Source: a virus | Length of the DNA: 17,347 nucleotides | Strand: one strand, 5' to 3' | IMG/VR virus record: IMGVR_UViG_3300045988_161160 | In this document: positions 1 to 7,211 of the stretch, piece by piece | Layout of the letters: each line of letters begins with the position of its first letter | Position numbering within the stretch: position 1 is the stretch's first letter | Notes under the pieces: model-generated | What the model saw: the letters and a program-made list of their open reading frames with translations, nothing else | The model's database searches: none | Told to the model about the DNA's origin: nothing | Made by a program: the position numbers and the translations under genes

Positions 1-90
1 CTGAATATTCGCATTCTACCCCATATCGTTTTTTTCTCCCTATCCCCCCTTTCATGTAACTATCTGTAAACAATTGGAAACATTTTCATC

Positions 91-118
91 TTGACATTTG
101 TTAATTAATATGTATAAT
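91..118 (+). promoter_or_regulatory. Sigma-A type promoter P1 inside the left ITR: TTGACA(91-96)-N16-TATAAT(113-118)
   Basis: Consensus hexamers read directly from the sequence; oriented inward toward the left-arm early ORFs. Confidence 0.6.
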
Positions 119-200
119 CAATGAAAACAAGCTTTCATTAGCAACACGGTTAACAAACTTATGAAACTGTTTTCAGAAAACATTTTCAACCATTTTTTAC

Positions 201-230
201 TAGACAAAAGCAACCTCAGTCTGCTATAAT
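201..230 (+). promoter_or_regulatory. Promoter P2 inside the left ITR: extended -10 TGcTATAAT (222-230) with a weak -35 TAGACA (201-206); followed by SD AAGAGGT (246-252) and ATG 261
   Basis: TGnTATAAT motif; position immediately upstream of the first ORF. Confidence 0.5.
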
Positions 231-260
231 ATAATCATAAAGATGAAAGAGGTAAGCAAT

Positions 261-413
261 ATGAAATACGCTATTTACTATTCAATTCCTAATGACGTCT
301 TACGCTATATGATGAGTGCGAGAGACGAGAAACAATTGGCAATATTTGTTAAAATGTTAGTAGATGAGAAAGCATATAACATTAGAGTAGAATTTAATGA
401 ATATGACGATTAA
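261..413 (+). CDS. Hypothetical early protein, 50 aa (MKYAIYYSIPNDVLRY...EFNEYDD), acidic C-terminus
   Basis: ATG at 261 preceded by AAGAGGTAA. In-frame TAA at 411-413. Sits directly downstream of the ITR promoters. Below the size cut-off of the supplied ORF track. Confidence 0.5.
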   Translation: MKYAIYYSIPNDVLRYMMSARDEKQLAIFVKMLVDEKAYNIRVEFNEYDD

Positions 414-437
414 TTATTATAAACAAGAGGTAACTTC

Positions 438-590
438 ATGAAAAAATATAGACTTACTTATCAATTACATACTGAACTTGGAAAACGCACATGTGTAGAA
501 ACATTCATTATGTTTGAAACAGTTTTACAAGTCATTGCTAACTTACACAAGCATTGTACTATTGATAATATTAAAATCGAAAGGATTTAA
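438..590 (+). CDS. Hypothetical early protein, 50 aa (MKKYRLTYQLHTELGKRTCVETF...)
   Basis: SD AAGAGG (425-430) then ATG 438; TAA at 588-590; tightly packed after the previous ORF. Confidence 0.5.
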   Translation: MKKYRLTYQLHTELGKRTCVETFIMFETVLQVIANLHKHCTIDNIKIERI

Positions 591-593
591 ATT

Positions 594-656
594 ATGACAT
601 CAACATTTATATTACTTATTTCATTATTCATTTTATCAATTACAATCTTTAATTAA
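594..656 (+). CDS. Mini-ORF encoding a 20-aa wholly hydrophobic peptide (MTSTFILLISLFILSITIFN)
   Basis: SD AAGGAT (582-587) then ATG 594, 3 nt after the previous stop; TAA at 654-656. Could be a single-pass membrane peptide or a regulatory leader. Confidence 0.3.
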   Translation: MTSTFILLISLFILSITIFN

Positions 657-666
657 CTAGTCATAT

Positions 667-691
667 CAGGGTTCGATTCCCTGTTATGATA
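667..691 (+). other. tRNA 3'-half-like element: T-arm (CAGGG-TTCGATT-CCCTG) followed by a 7-nt acceptor-like strand and a discriminator-like A. No D or anticodon arm upstream.
   Basis: GGTTCGATTCC is a near-canonical TpsiC motif inside a perfect 5-bp stem. Manual search upstream found no complementary 5' acceptor strand and no anticodon stem. Confidence 0.35.
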
Positions 692-852
692 TAAGGCTAG
701 TAATAAAAAAATAAAAAATAGAAAGTTGGCCTATGATGAACATTCACTAGTCGGTGTTCTAGGACTCTAAATTTTAACTTCTGGAAATGGCTCATTAAAA
801 TTCAGAAGATTCGCGGATAGACTATTGGGAACAGTCGTTTTCGCAAAAGACA

Positions 853-885
853 AGGCTTGACATTGTCAAGTCTTTTTTATATAAT
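853..885 (+). promoter_or_regulatory. Terminator/promoter couplet. Hairpin AGGCTTGAC-att-GTCAAGTCT plus T6 (853-878) overlaps a perfect promoter TTGACA(857-862)-N17-TATAAT(880-885), the likely late-operon promoter.
   Basis: 9-bp stem (one G-U) followed by TTTTTT. The -35 lies in the hairpin and the -10 directly after the T-tract. The first late gene starts at 971. Confidence 0.6.
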
Positions 886-970
886 AAAAACATAGAGAAC
901 ATAGTAGTCAAGTAAGCTATACAAGTACTATCACTACTCTATCTAATTGATTAAAAAGGAGGTAATATAT

Positions 971-1150
971 ATGTCAATCAAAACTCGTGAAGAGCTAGAG
1001 CAAGAACTTGAAGACATCAAATCTCGTTTGGCAGTAGTTGAACAGGAACGCACTCAAAAGGAAGAACCTAAAGAGGAAGAACCTAAAGAGGAAGAACCAA
1101 AAGACGAAGTTGAATCTGAAGATGAAATTGAAAAACTTCTTAACGCTTAA
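971..1150 (+). CDS. Small acidic coiled-coil protein, 59 aa, with three tandem EEPKE units; scaffold-like or head-assembly candidate
   Basis: SD AAGGAGG (955-961) then ATG 971. The track start at 947 is a TTG without an SD. A 15-bp tandem repeat GAAGAACCTAAAGAG x3 lies at ~1063-1107. Confidence 0.55.
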   Translation: MSIKTREELEQELEDIKSRLAVVEQERTQKEEPKEEEPKEEEPKDEVESEDEIEKLLNA

Positions 1151-1169
1151 TATATAGAAAGGATTTAAA

Positions 1170-1457
1170 ATGGTTAAAAAGAAAACAGCTTCTATTGATG
1201 AACAGATTACACAAAAACGTGAAGAACTAACACAAGCTCAAATCACACAAACCAATTCTTATAGCGAATACGTGAAAGTGATGAAAGCCAAATCAATTGT
1301 TAGTGAAGACGATACAGAAAAAATTGCTAAACTTGATAAGCTAATGTTTGAACATTTTACATCATATCAACATGCTTTAGAAGATGTTCAAAAATTACAA
1401 CTTGAATTGTGTGATATTGAATCACAAAAATATCTTGAAGAATTACTACCAGAATAG
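1170..1457 (+). CDS. Coiled-coil protein, 95 aa; scaffolding-protein candidate by position and composition
   Basis: SD AAAGGA then ATG 1170. Sits immediately upstream of the capsid gene, as in phi29, where the scaffold protein (gp7) precedes the capsid protein (gp8). Confidence 0.45.
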   Translation: MVKKKTASIDEQITQKREELTQAQITQTNSYSEYVKVMKAKSIVSEDDTEKIAKLDKLMFEHFTSYQHALEDVQKLQLELCDIESQKYLEELLPE

Positions 1458-1471
1458 AAAGGAAAATAATT

Positions 1472-1633
1472 ATGGAACCAATTGAAGGAACATCTAAAAC
1501 TTTTAATTCAGGTGGTGATTTTGGTTATGATAAACTATCAAAATCAAACGAACTATCACCTGAAATGTCAATTCAACCGCAAGGACGTGATGAATATGAA
1601 TCAAAACTATGGAATATTGGAGGTAGCAACTAA
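1472..1633 (+). CDS. Hypothetical small protein, 53 aa (MEPIEGTSKTFNSGGDFGYDKLS...)
   Basis: SD AGAAAGGAAA then ATG 1472. Its stop TAA (1631-1633) overlaps the ATG of the next gene as TAATG. Not in the ORF track because it is shorter than 60 aa. Confidence 0.45.
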   Translation: MEPIEGTSKTFNSGGDFGYDKLSKSNELSPEMSIQPQGRDEYESKLWNIGGSN

Positions 1634-2787
1634 TGGCGGATAAACTTACTCAAGCAGTCCGAGCTTCACTTATCACACATAATACCGAAACTGGACACGC
1701 TTGGACATTTGGCACTAACTGGGATAATACTGGTACTGAATTTGAAACATATGTCAATAAATACCTATTTCCTAAACTTAACGAAACACTTATCATTGAA
1801 TCAATTCTAGGAAATCGTTTCAACTGGTTAGCAAAAGAAGTTGATTTTATTGGTCAATATTCGGAAGAATACGTTATTCTTGACTCTGTTCCTATTGAAA
1901 TGGACTTATCTAAGAATGCTGAACTTATGCTTAAACGTAATTACCCAAAAATGGCTACAAAACTTTATGGTCAAGGTATTCTTAAGAAACTTAAATTCAC
2001 GCTTAACAACAACGATACACGTCTTAATTTCCTAACAATCGGTGATGCTATTACTTACGCTGTTTCTGTTTACCGTAAGAAAATCACTGATATCAACGTT
2101 GCCGAAGAGTCAGAAATGAAAGCTATGATTGTTGACTACGGTATTAATCATGTTAAAGACCAACGTACTGTAACTTCTATGGAAGAATTGTTTGAAGAAT
2201 TGTCAGAATCTATTCTTAATCTTCAAAATAATAGTGCTAAACACAATGAAGCTAATACAGCATCTGGTGGCGCTATTGGTCGTTTTACTACCGTATCAAA
2301 ACTTTCTGACCTTGTTATTGTTACAACTGACAAAGTCAAACGTTATCTTCTAAATACTTTCCTAGCTAACACATTTCACGCTGAGGGTATTGACTTATCA
2401 AAAATTATTATCTCATTCGATGACCTAGGTGGTACATATCGTGTAACTTCGGATGTAACAGTTACCCAAGCAGGTGTAAGTCTTCTTCAAACATTCGGGG
2501 ATTATCAAGTTCAGGTTGGTGACGTCATCCCTAAAGGTTATGTCTTCACATATGATGTTTCCCAAAATGCTGATTTTACAGGTAAAGTGGAAGAAATCAA
2601 ACCTGAATCAGATTTGTTTGCAATGGTTCTAGATGCCCGCAGTATTCGTTACAAACGCTTCACGAAAGGTATGCTTAAACAACCATTTTACAATGGTGAA
2701 TTTGATGAAATCACTTACTGGATTCACTACTATTCATTCAAATCTATTTCACCATTCTACAATAAAATTGTTATTAAAGGTGAATAA
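1633..2787 (+). CDS. Major capsid protein candidate, 384 aa
   Basis: First large gene of the late operon, after the scaffold-like genes. Followed by a strong attenuator hairpin. Role assigned by position only. Confidence 0.45.
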   Translation: MADKLTQAVRASLITHNTETGHAWTFGTNWDNTGTEFETYVNKYLFPKLNETLIIESILGNRFNWLAKEVDFIGQYSEEYVILDSVPIEMDLSKNAELMLKRNYPKMATKLYGQGILKKLKFTLNNNDTRLNFLTIGDAITYAVSVYRKKITDINVAEESEMKAMIVDYGINHVKDQRTVTSMEELFEELSESILNLQNNSAKHNEANTASGGAIGRFTTVSKLSDLVIVTTDKVKRYLLNTFLANTFHAEGIDLSKIIISFDDLGGTYRVTSDVTVTQAGVSLLQTFGDYQVQVGDVIPKGYVFTYDVSQNADFTGKVEEIKPESDLFAMVLDARSIRYKRFTKGMLKQPFYNGEFDEITYWIHYYSFKSISPFYNKIVIKGE

Positions 2788-2793
2788 TTAATA

Positions 2794-2830
2794 AGCTAGC
2801 TAGTTACTATCTAGCTAGCTATTATTTTAT
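2794..2830 (+). terminator. Intrinsic terminator/attenuator after the capsid gene: AGCTAGCTAG-ttactat-CTAGCTAGCT followed by ATTATTTTAT
   Basis: Perfect 10-bp inverted repeat built from AGCT/CTAG units, with a 7-nt loop and a T-rich tail. Confidence 0.55.
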
Positions 2831-2843
2831 AGAAAGGGTAACT

Positions 2844-3818
2844 ATGTTTGATTTATTTAATAACAAAAAAACTGATATCGAACAATCTCTAAGCGAGAAA
2901 GTAAAACAACGTGTCGTAAACCAACGAAATGCTTTCTTTCACTTCTTTAGAAATCGTTATGCTGAATTTCTTCCAACAGTGATTTCATACGAGGGCTTAG
3001 ACGATGAGAATGTAACAATTGATCCTATCCAAGTTGAAATTTGGCTTCGTCAAGGATTGGGGGTAGCCATTGGGCAAACAAAAGTTGGTACAATGGTTTT
3101 AGGCACAGTCAACATGTCTAGTAATATTTATAATATTTCTGTTTATGGTACACGTCCTCTGGTTGGCTCAGACATTAATTTCTTTATTAGTGATAAGATT
3201 AAAATGAAAACTTACAAAGAAATCTCTTATCATGATGGCTACAAAACTGGTAACTTTGTTGTTTTATACAATAAACCATTAGTATTAACAAACGATTATG
3301 AAATCATCGATATTTATAGCGAACGCATTGCTGAAATTGCCATGTCACGTTTTTCTATTTACATGCAAGCTAAAATCTCTACAGTCATTCGTGGTGAAAC
3401 AGATGATGAAGACGTTCTTCAAATTACTCAAGACATTTACAATGGCGCACCATACATTAACACCACTAAAATGTTTGATGTTGATGAAAGTGTTATCACT
3501 TTAAATGATAGTCAACAAATTATCTCAGCTCTTCCTGAACTAAAACGAGAGTACCAAAACAATATTGCTGAACTTAATAACATTTTAGGTCTCTCATCCC
3601 TTGCCGTTGATAAAGAAAGCGGTGTTTCACAATCTGAAGTAATGTCAAATAAAGCCTATCAAAAAGCAAATGCTAACATTTATCTTCAAGCTAGGAATGA
3701 GAAATTAAAACGGTATAATGACCTCTTTAAAACTAACTTAGTAGCAAGCTTCTCAGATGAAATTGCTAGTCAATTGTCTAGTCTTGAAAAAATTCAAATT
3801 CTTGATGGAGGTATTTAA
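2844..3818 (+). CDS. Head-tail connector (portal) protein, phi29 gp10-like, 324 aa
   Basis: Size matches gp10 (309 aa). Recalled gp10 blocks such as ...YEGNAPVIF... and ...[32 protein letters not shown]... parallel ...YNGAPYIN... and ...NNIAELNNILGLSSLAVDKESGVSQSEVMSN... here. Confidence 0.65.
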   Translation: MFDLFNNKKTDIEQSLSEKVKQRVVNQRNAFFHFFRNRYAEFLPTVISYEGLDDENVTIDPIQVEIWLRQGLGVAIGQTKVGTMVLGTVNMSSNIYNISVYGTRPLVGSDINFFISDKIKMKTYKEISYHDGYKTGNFVVLYNKPLVLTNDYEIIDIYSERIAEIAMSRFSIYMQAKISTVIRGETDDEDVLQITQDIYNGAPYINTTKMFDVDESVITLNDSQQIISALPELKREYQNNIAELNNILGLSSLAVDKESGVSQSEVMSNKAYQKANANIYLQARNEKLKRYNDLFKTNLVASFSDEIASQLSSLEKIQILDGGI

Positions 3819-4478
3819 ATGAAAACGACATCACGTTTATACGACATTATTTATACAACTTATAATAATCTTTATGGTGATTTTTTAAGGGGTAATCAAA
3901 TTGTATATTATAATCCTGAACTTCAATTTTCTCATAAAGTTGTTGATTATGATGATGAAATCAAGTCTGTTTGCCGTAACACTATCTTCTATGGTCTTGA
4001 CTTCTTAGATGAAACAAGTCGTTTACGTTTTGAACAAGAGTTCTTAACACGTTTCTTATCACGCACCATTAAATTTCAAACATATGAGAATTTCAATTGG
4101 AAGTTGGTAGCTTACTTACGTGGAGTAAAAGAAATCATTACCGATTATTATACAAATGCTAACAAGTATCTTCAATCGTATTCATTATCTAATGCAAGTG
4201 GAAATTCAAATTCCCAAGGTGAAACACTCTCACGAGATAATAACTTAGCTGTTACATTACCACAAGACAATACTGACTTATCGCTTGATAAAGATACCTA
4301 TGACTATGCCGACACTACAGCACACTCTAAGTCAAGAGCTACTAATACAACAGCTCAAAATACAACACAAACAAATGACACAATCACTTATGACGTTGCT
4401 AGATTATCTGAATTACAAGCCTATCATGATGACCTATTTTATGATTTAGATAGACTTTTATTCTCACAAATGCTATAA
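3819..4478 (+). CDS. Structural protein, 219 aa; lower-collar candidate by position
   Basis: Directly follows the connector gene (SD GGAGG, ATG 3819), as the lower collar gene gp11 follows gp10 in phi29. Confidence 0.3.
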   Translation: MKTTSRLYDIIYTTYNNLYGDFLRGNQIVYYNPELQFSHKVVDYDDEIKSVCRNTIFYGLDFLDETSRLRFEQEFLTRFLSRTIKFQTYENFNWKLVAYLRGVKEIITDYYTNANKYLQSYSLSNASGNSNSQGETLSRDNNLAVTLPQDNTDLSLDKDTYDYADTTAHSKSRATNTTAQNTTQTNDTITYDVARLSELQAYHDDLFYDLDRLLFSQML

Positions 4479-4502
4479 TAATAGTAACAGAAAGGAGTTA
4501 TT

Positions 4503-5333
4503 ATGGTTCAAAATAATAATGAAATTAATTTTGAAGACAACAAACCATGGCTAGCCCCTCACTACCCATTCTCTTTAGAAGGGCACTGGCAACCATGGTA
4601 CGATGACAGACGTGATTATGGTACGAATGCCCCAACTTATTACGACTATCTATCAAACTTTAATCATCTTATCAAGTCGATTGTAGAGTTATTAAACCGT
4701 GTCGTACGCAGGAACGTTAAAGTGGAAGACACTAACTGTATTGATATGACTAAAATCAATGACTGGATTGATGAGGGAAACGAGTGTCACACTTGGCACG
4801 ATGATATTATTTTAAAAGCTGATGTTATTCTTTCAAGTTATCAAAAAATCCTCCAATTCGATGGACATGAATATGCTTTAAACAATGCTATTTCATGCCT
4901 ATCAACTGGTTTATACGTAAGTGATTATTTACCACTGTTGGAAGCTCTAAAAGATAAATTAAACCAAGAAATTCTAGATAGAATTGAAGGGGATGATGAG
5001 CTAAACCAAAAAATTGAAAACGTTAAAAACGAATTGATAGAAGCTATTAATAACTTACGTCAAGAATTTAACGAATACAAAAACTCAAACAATGCTGAAG
5101 TTGATCAGTTAAAACAAGAGGTAGATAATTTAAAAAATGCCATCCAAAAAATCGTGACTAACTTGTTCGATGGTGGTAATGCTACTACTAATGATATTAA
5201 TACATTTAATATTGTTAACAAAATCGCAGCAGGGAATATTAATTTATTCGGTGGTGTATCAGATGGTCAATCACTTATCCGAACACACAAAGGACAAGCT
5301 GAAAATGATGTTACAATCGGTACTAAGGGGTGA
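4503..5333 (+). CDS. Structural protein, 276 aa, with a central coiled-coil; tail-fibre or appendage-associated candidate
   Basis: SD AGAAAGGAG then ATG 4503. Heptad-like segment NQEILDRIEGDDELNQKIENVKNELIEAINNLRQEFNEY... Confidence 0.3.
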   Translation: MVQNNNEINFEDNKPWLAPHYPFSLEGHWQPWYDDRRDYGTNAPTYYDYLSNFNHLIKSIVELLNRVVRRNVKVEDTNCIDMTKINDWIDEGNECHTWHDDIILKADVILSSYQKILQFDGHEYALNNAISCLSTGLYVSDYLPLLEALKDKLNQEILDRIEGDDELNQKIENVKNELIEAINNLRQEFNEYKNSNNAEVDQLKQEVDNLKNAIQKIVTNLFDGGNATTNDINTFNIVNKIAAGNINLFGGVSDGQSLIRTHKGQAENDVTIGTKG

Positions 5334-5337
5334 TTGA

Positions 5338-6045
5338 ATGGCAAATCTAAAATTCGGAATCAGACCTGACATTCTTCAAGGTGCTAATCTTTCATCGGTT
5401 CACTCATCTGATAATGAGATATATATCACATACGATAACTTTTATCCTGATGAAAGCCATAGGGTTTCACAATACAAGATTATGGCTAGATTAGCACTAT
5501 CTAATGTTACTGTTAACGATGACTTATCAATTGAATTCGATTACGGTGGAATCCAATCGGTTCGGGCTAACACTAACTTTTCTTCAGCCCCTGTTGGATA
5601 TAACGTTGAAAAAACATTATTCAGAGGAAGTGATAACGCTATCGTTTGGAAACAAACTGATGACATTGCCGCATCGTTTGATAGTCATGATATATCAGTT
5701 ACAACACAACCTATTCAGCACTACAAAGTTCCAGCTAACGGAACTATTTCAATACCAGAGGTTAAAGCATTTGGTTGGTTAGCTAGCGCTAGGGTTTCCG
5801 ATGGGTGTGACGTGTATGTAGGTGGAACAGTATCAAATATCATCCCAGATTATAAACCAAACGGAATCAGAAAGAATGGCGAGTGGAAAGGTGTCCAAGA
5901 ACTTAAGTTATCTACTTACATTCGTACGTCTGGTAATTGGAACGATGTTGGAACAGAGCTGGTGGCAACCGCTGGTCATGTTAACAAAGGAAAAACAAGA
6001 CGACGTCAAAACGGGGAATGGTTACAAGAAGTACCATTTTCATAA
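5338..6045 (+). CDS. Hypothetical virion protein, 235 aa
   Basis: ORF in the late operon. No recognisable motif. Confidence 0.35.
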   Translation: MANLKFGIRPDILQGANLSSVHSSDNEIYITYDNFYPDESHRVSQYKIMARLALSNVTVNDDLSIEFDYGGIQSVRANTNFSSAPVGYNVEKTLFRGSDNAIVWKQTDDIAASFDSHDISVTTQPIQHYKVPANGTISIPEVKAFGWLASARVSDGCDVYVGGTVSNIIPDYKPNGIRKNGEWKGVQELKLSTYIRTSGNWNDVGTELVATAGHVNKGKTRRRQNGEWLQEVPFS

Positions 6046-6062
6046 AATAGAAAGGAAAAATT

Positions 6063-7142
6063 ATGGCAAAAAAAATCGTACGTGGTATCACTGATATCAA
6101 AACAATCAATAATCAAGACTTTGACACAAACAACGTTAATGACCTTTTATCAGACGGTCAGTACAATTACATCCACCGAAAGAAAGGGAAAGATGAAGAA
6201 TACCACAATCTAACAGACAACATCAAAACCATTTCATCTGATAATACCGACCTGTTAGCCGTCACTAACAATAACAAAACAACAAATACCGCAACATTAC
6301 ACCCCAAACATGATGCCCAAAAAGAGCAAGTGCTAGAAAGCACACGAAACACTATTTCTATCCATCATGGCACAAATGGAACAGCTGAAAAAACAACAGT
6401 AGATACAAACCCTGAAAAAGTTTTGGAACATAGCAACCTTCAAACAACTTACGGTATTTCAAAAGCAACAGCTGGAAACACAACAACATTAGGACTTGAA
6501 TATAAACGAATAGAAACACCATTTGATTTAAACAATCTTGTCAATGGGTGTGTTAGATCTAATTTATTTATTCACGCACCAAACACCAACAATTGGTGGT
6601 TTGTTAAGTCATTCTCTGAAGGAACCTTCGCAATTCAAACAGCAACTACTTTTGACGATACTAACACAACATATGTGCGCCAAAAAAAGAATAATGTTTG
6701 GAGTGGATGGCGTGAGCAAGTTGGTGACAAATCAATTATTGATGGTTTATTGAATACCAAACAAAACACACTACAAAATAACATGTCAATTGGTGTAGTT
6801 GGAAATGGGTTATGTCAATTATACGCTTTAAAACAAACGTACTCACATGATAATGGTGTTTTGAAAACACATGTCAAAATTGTTTCACAAAATACTAGCA
6901 TTAGTACTAATGAAGAGGAATTTAACTTTACTCTTAAAATCAATCAAGGTTCTCAAGTTGCTACTTTCACTCTTAACACACACGACAAAATTAAATTCAC
7001 CAATATTATCACTGCTTACGGTGTAGAAAACGCAGTAAGAATTAATGGGTGTTTGTTCACCTTAAGCGATTCAACTCTAACAGTTTCAACTGAAGCGAAT
7101 ACAGAAAGTAATTACGTTATTAGCTTCTCAGATATCATCTAA
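6063..7142 (+). CDS. Thr/Asn-rich protein, 359 aa; receptor-binding or tail-fibre candidate
   Basis: SD AGAAAGGAAAAA then ATG 6063. Composition typical of adhesin-like tail proteins. Last gene before terminator 7148-7176. Confidence 0.35.
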   Translation: MAKKIVRGITDIKTINNQDFDTNNVNDLLSDGQYNYIHRKKGKDEEYHNLTDNIKTISSDNTDLLAVTNNNKTTNTATLHPKHDAQKEQVLESTRNTISIHHGTNGTAEKTTVDTNPEKVLEHSNLQTTYGISKATAGNTTTLGLEYKRIETPFDLNNLVNGCVRSNLFIHAPNTNNWWFVKSFSEGTFAIQTATTFDDTNTTYVRQKKNNVWSGWREQVGDKSIIDGLLNTKQNTLQNNMSIGVVGNGLCQLYALKQTYSHDNGVLKTHVKIVSQNTSISTNEEEFNFTLKINQGSQVATFTLNTHDKIKFTNIITAYGVENAVRINGCLFTLSDSTLTVSTEANTESNYVISFSDII

Positions 7143-7147
7143 TAAAT

Positions 7148-7184
7148 AACACCCGTTTAACTACGGGTGTTTTTGTGGTATAAT
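7148..7184 (+). promoter_or_regulatory. Terminator (AACACCCGT-ttaact-ACGGGTGTT plus TTTT) immediately followed by an extended -10 TGgTATAAT (7176-7184)
   Basis: 9-bp GC-rich stem with T-tract. TGnTATAAT abuts the T-tract. The next gene starts at 7212. Confidence 0.55.
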
Positions 7185-7211
7185 AATGATATACTTAGAA
7201 AGGAGTACGGA

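Larger units (their letters stand above)
1..263. repeat. Left inverted terminal repeat. Positions 1-255 match the reverse complement of the right end except for a single mismatch at 214; similarity continues to 263 with two further mismatches (256, 260).
   Basis: Manual reverse-complement comparison of 17085-17347 against 1-263 block by block. The ATG of the first gene on each arm lies at the ITR edge. Confidence 0.9.

Noticed and set aside
600-691. Possible complete tRNA gene ending at the T-arm at 667-691
   Set aside because: No 5' acceptor strand complementary to TTATGAT, and no D-arm or anticodon stem, could be built from the upstream 70 nt. Only the T-arm and acceptor-like strand are tRNA-like. 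Reported as a fragment-like element instead.
947-970. Alternative non-ATG starts used by the ORF track (TTG 947, GTG 7167, TTG 15670)
   Set aside because: Each has a downstream ATG with a canonical SD (971, 7212, 15664). The GTG at 7167 lies inside a terminator stem.
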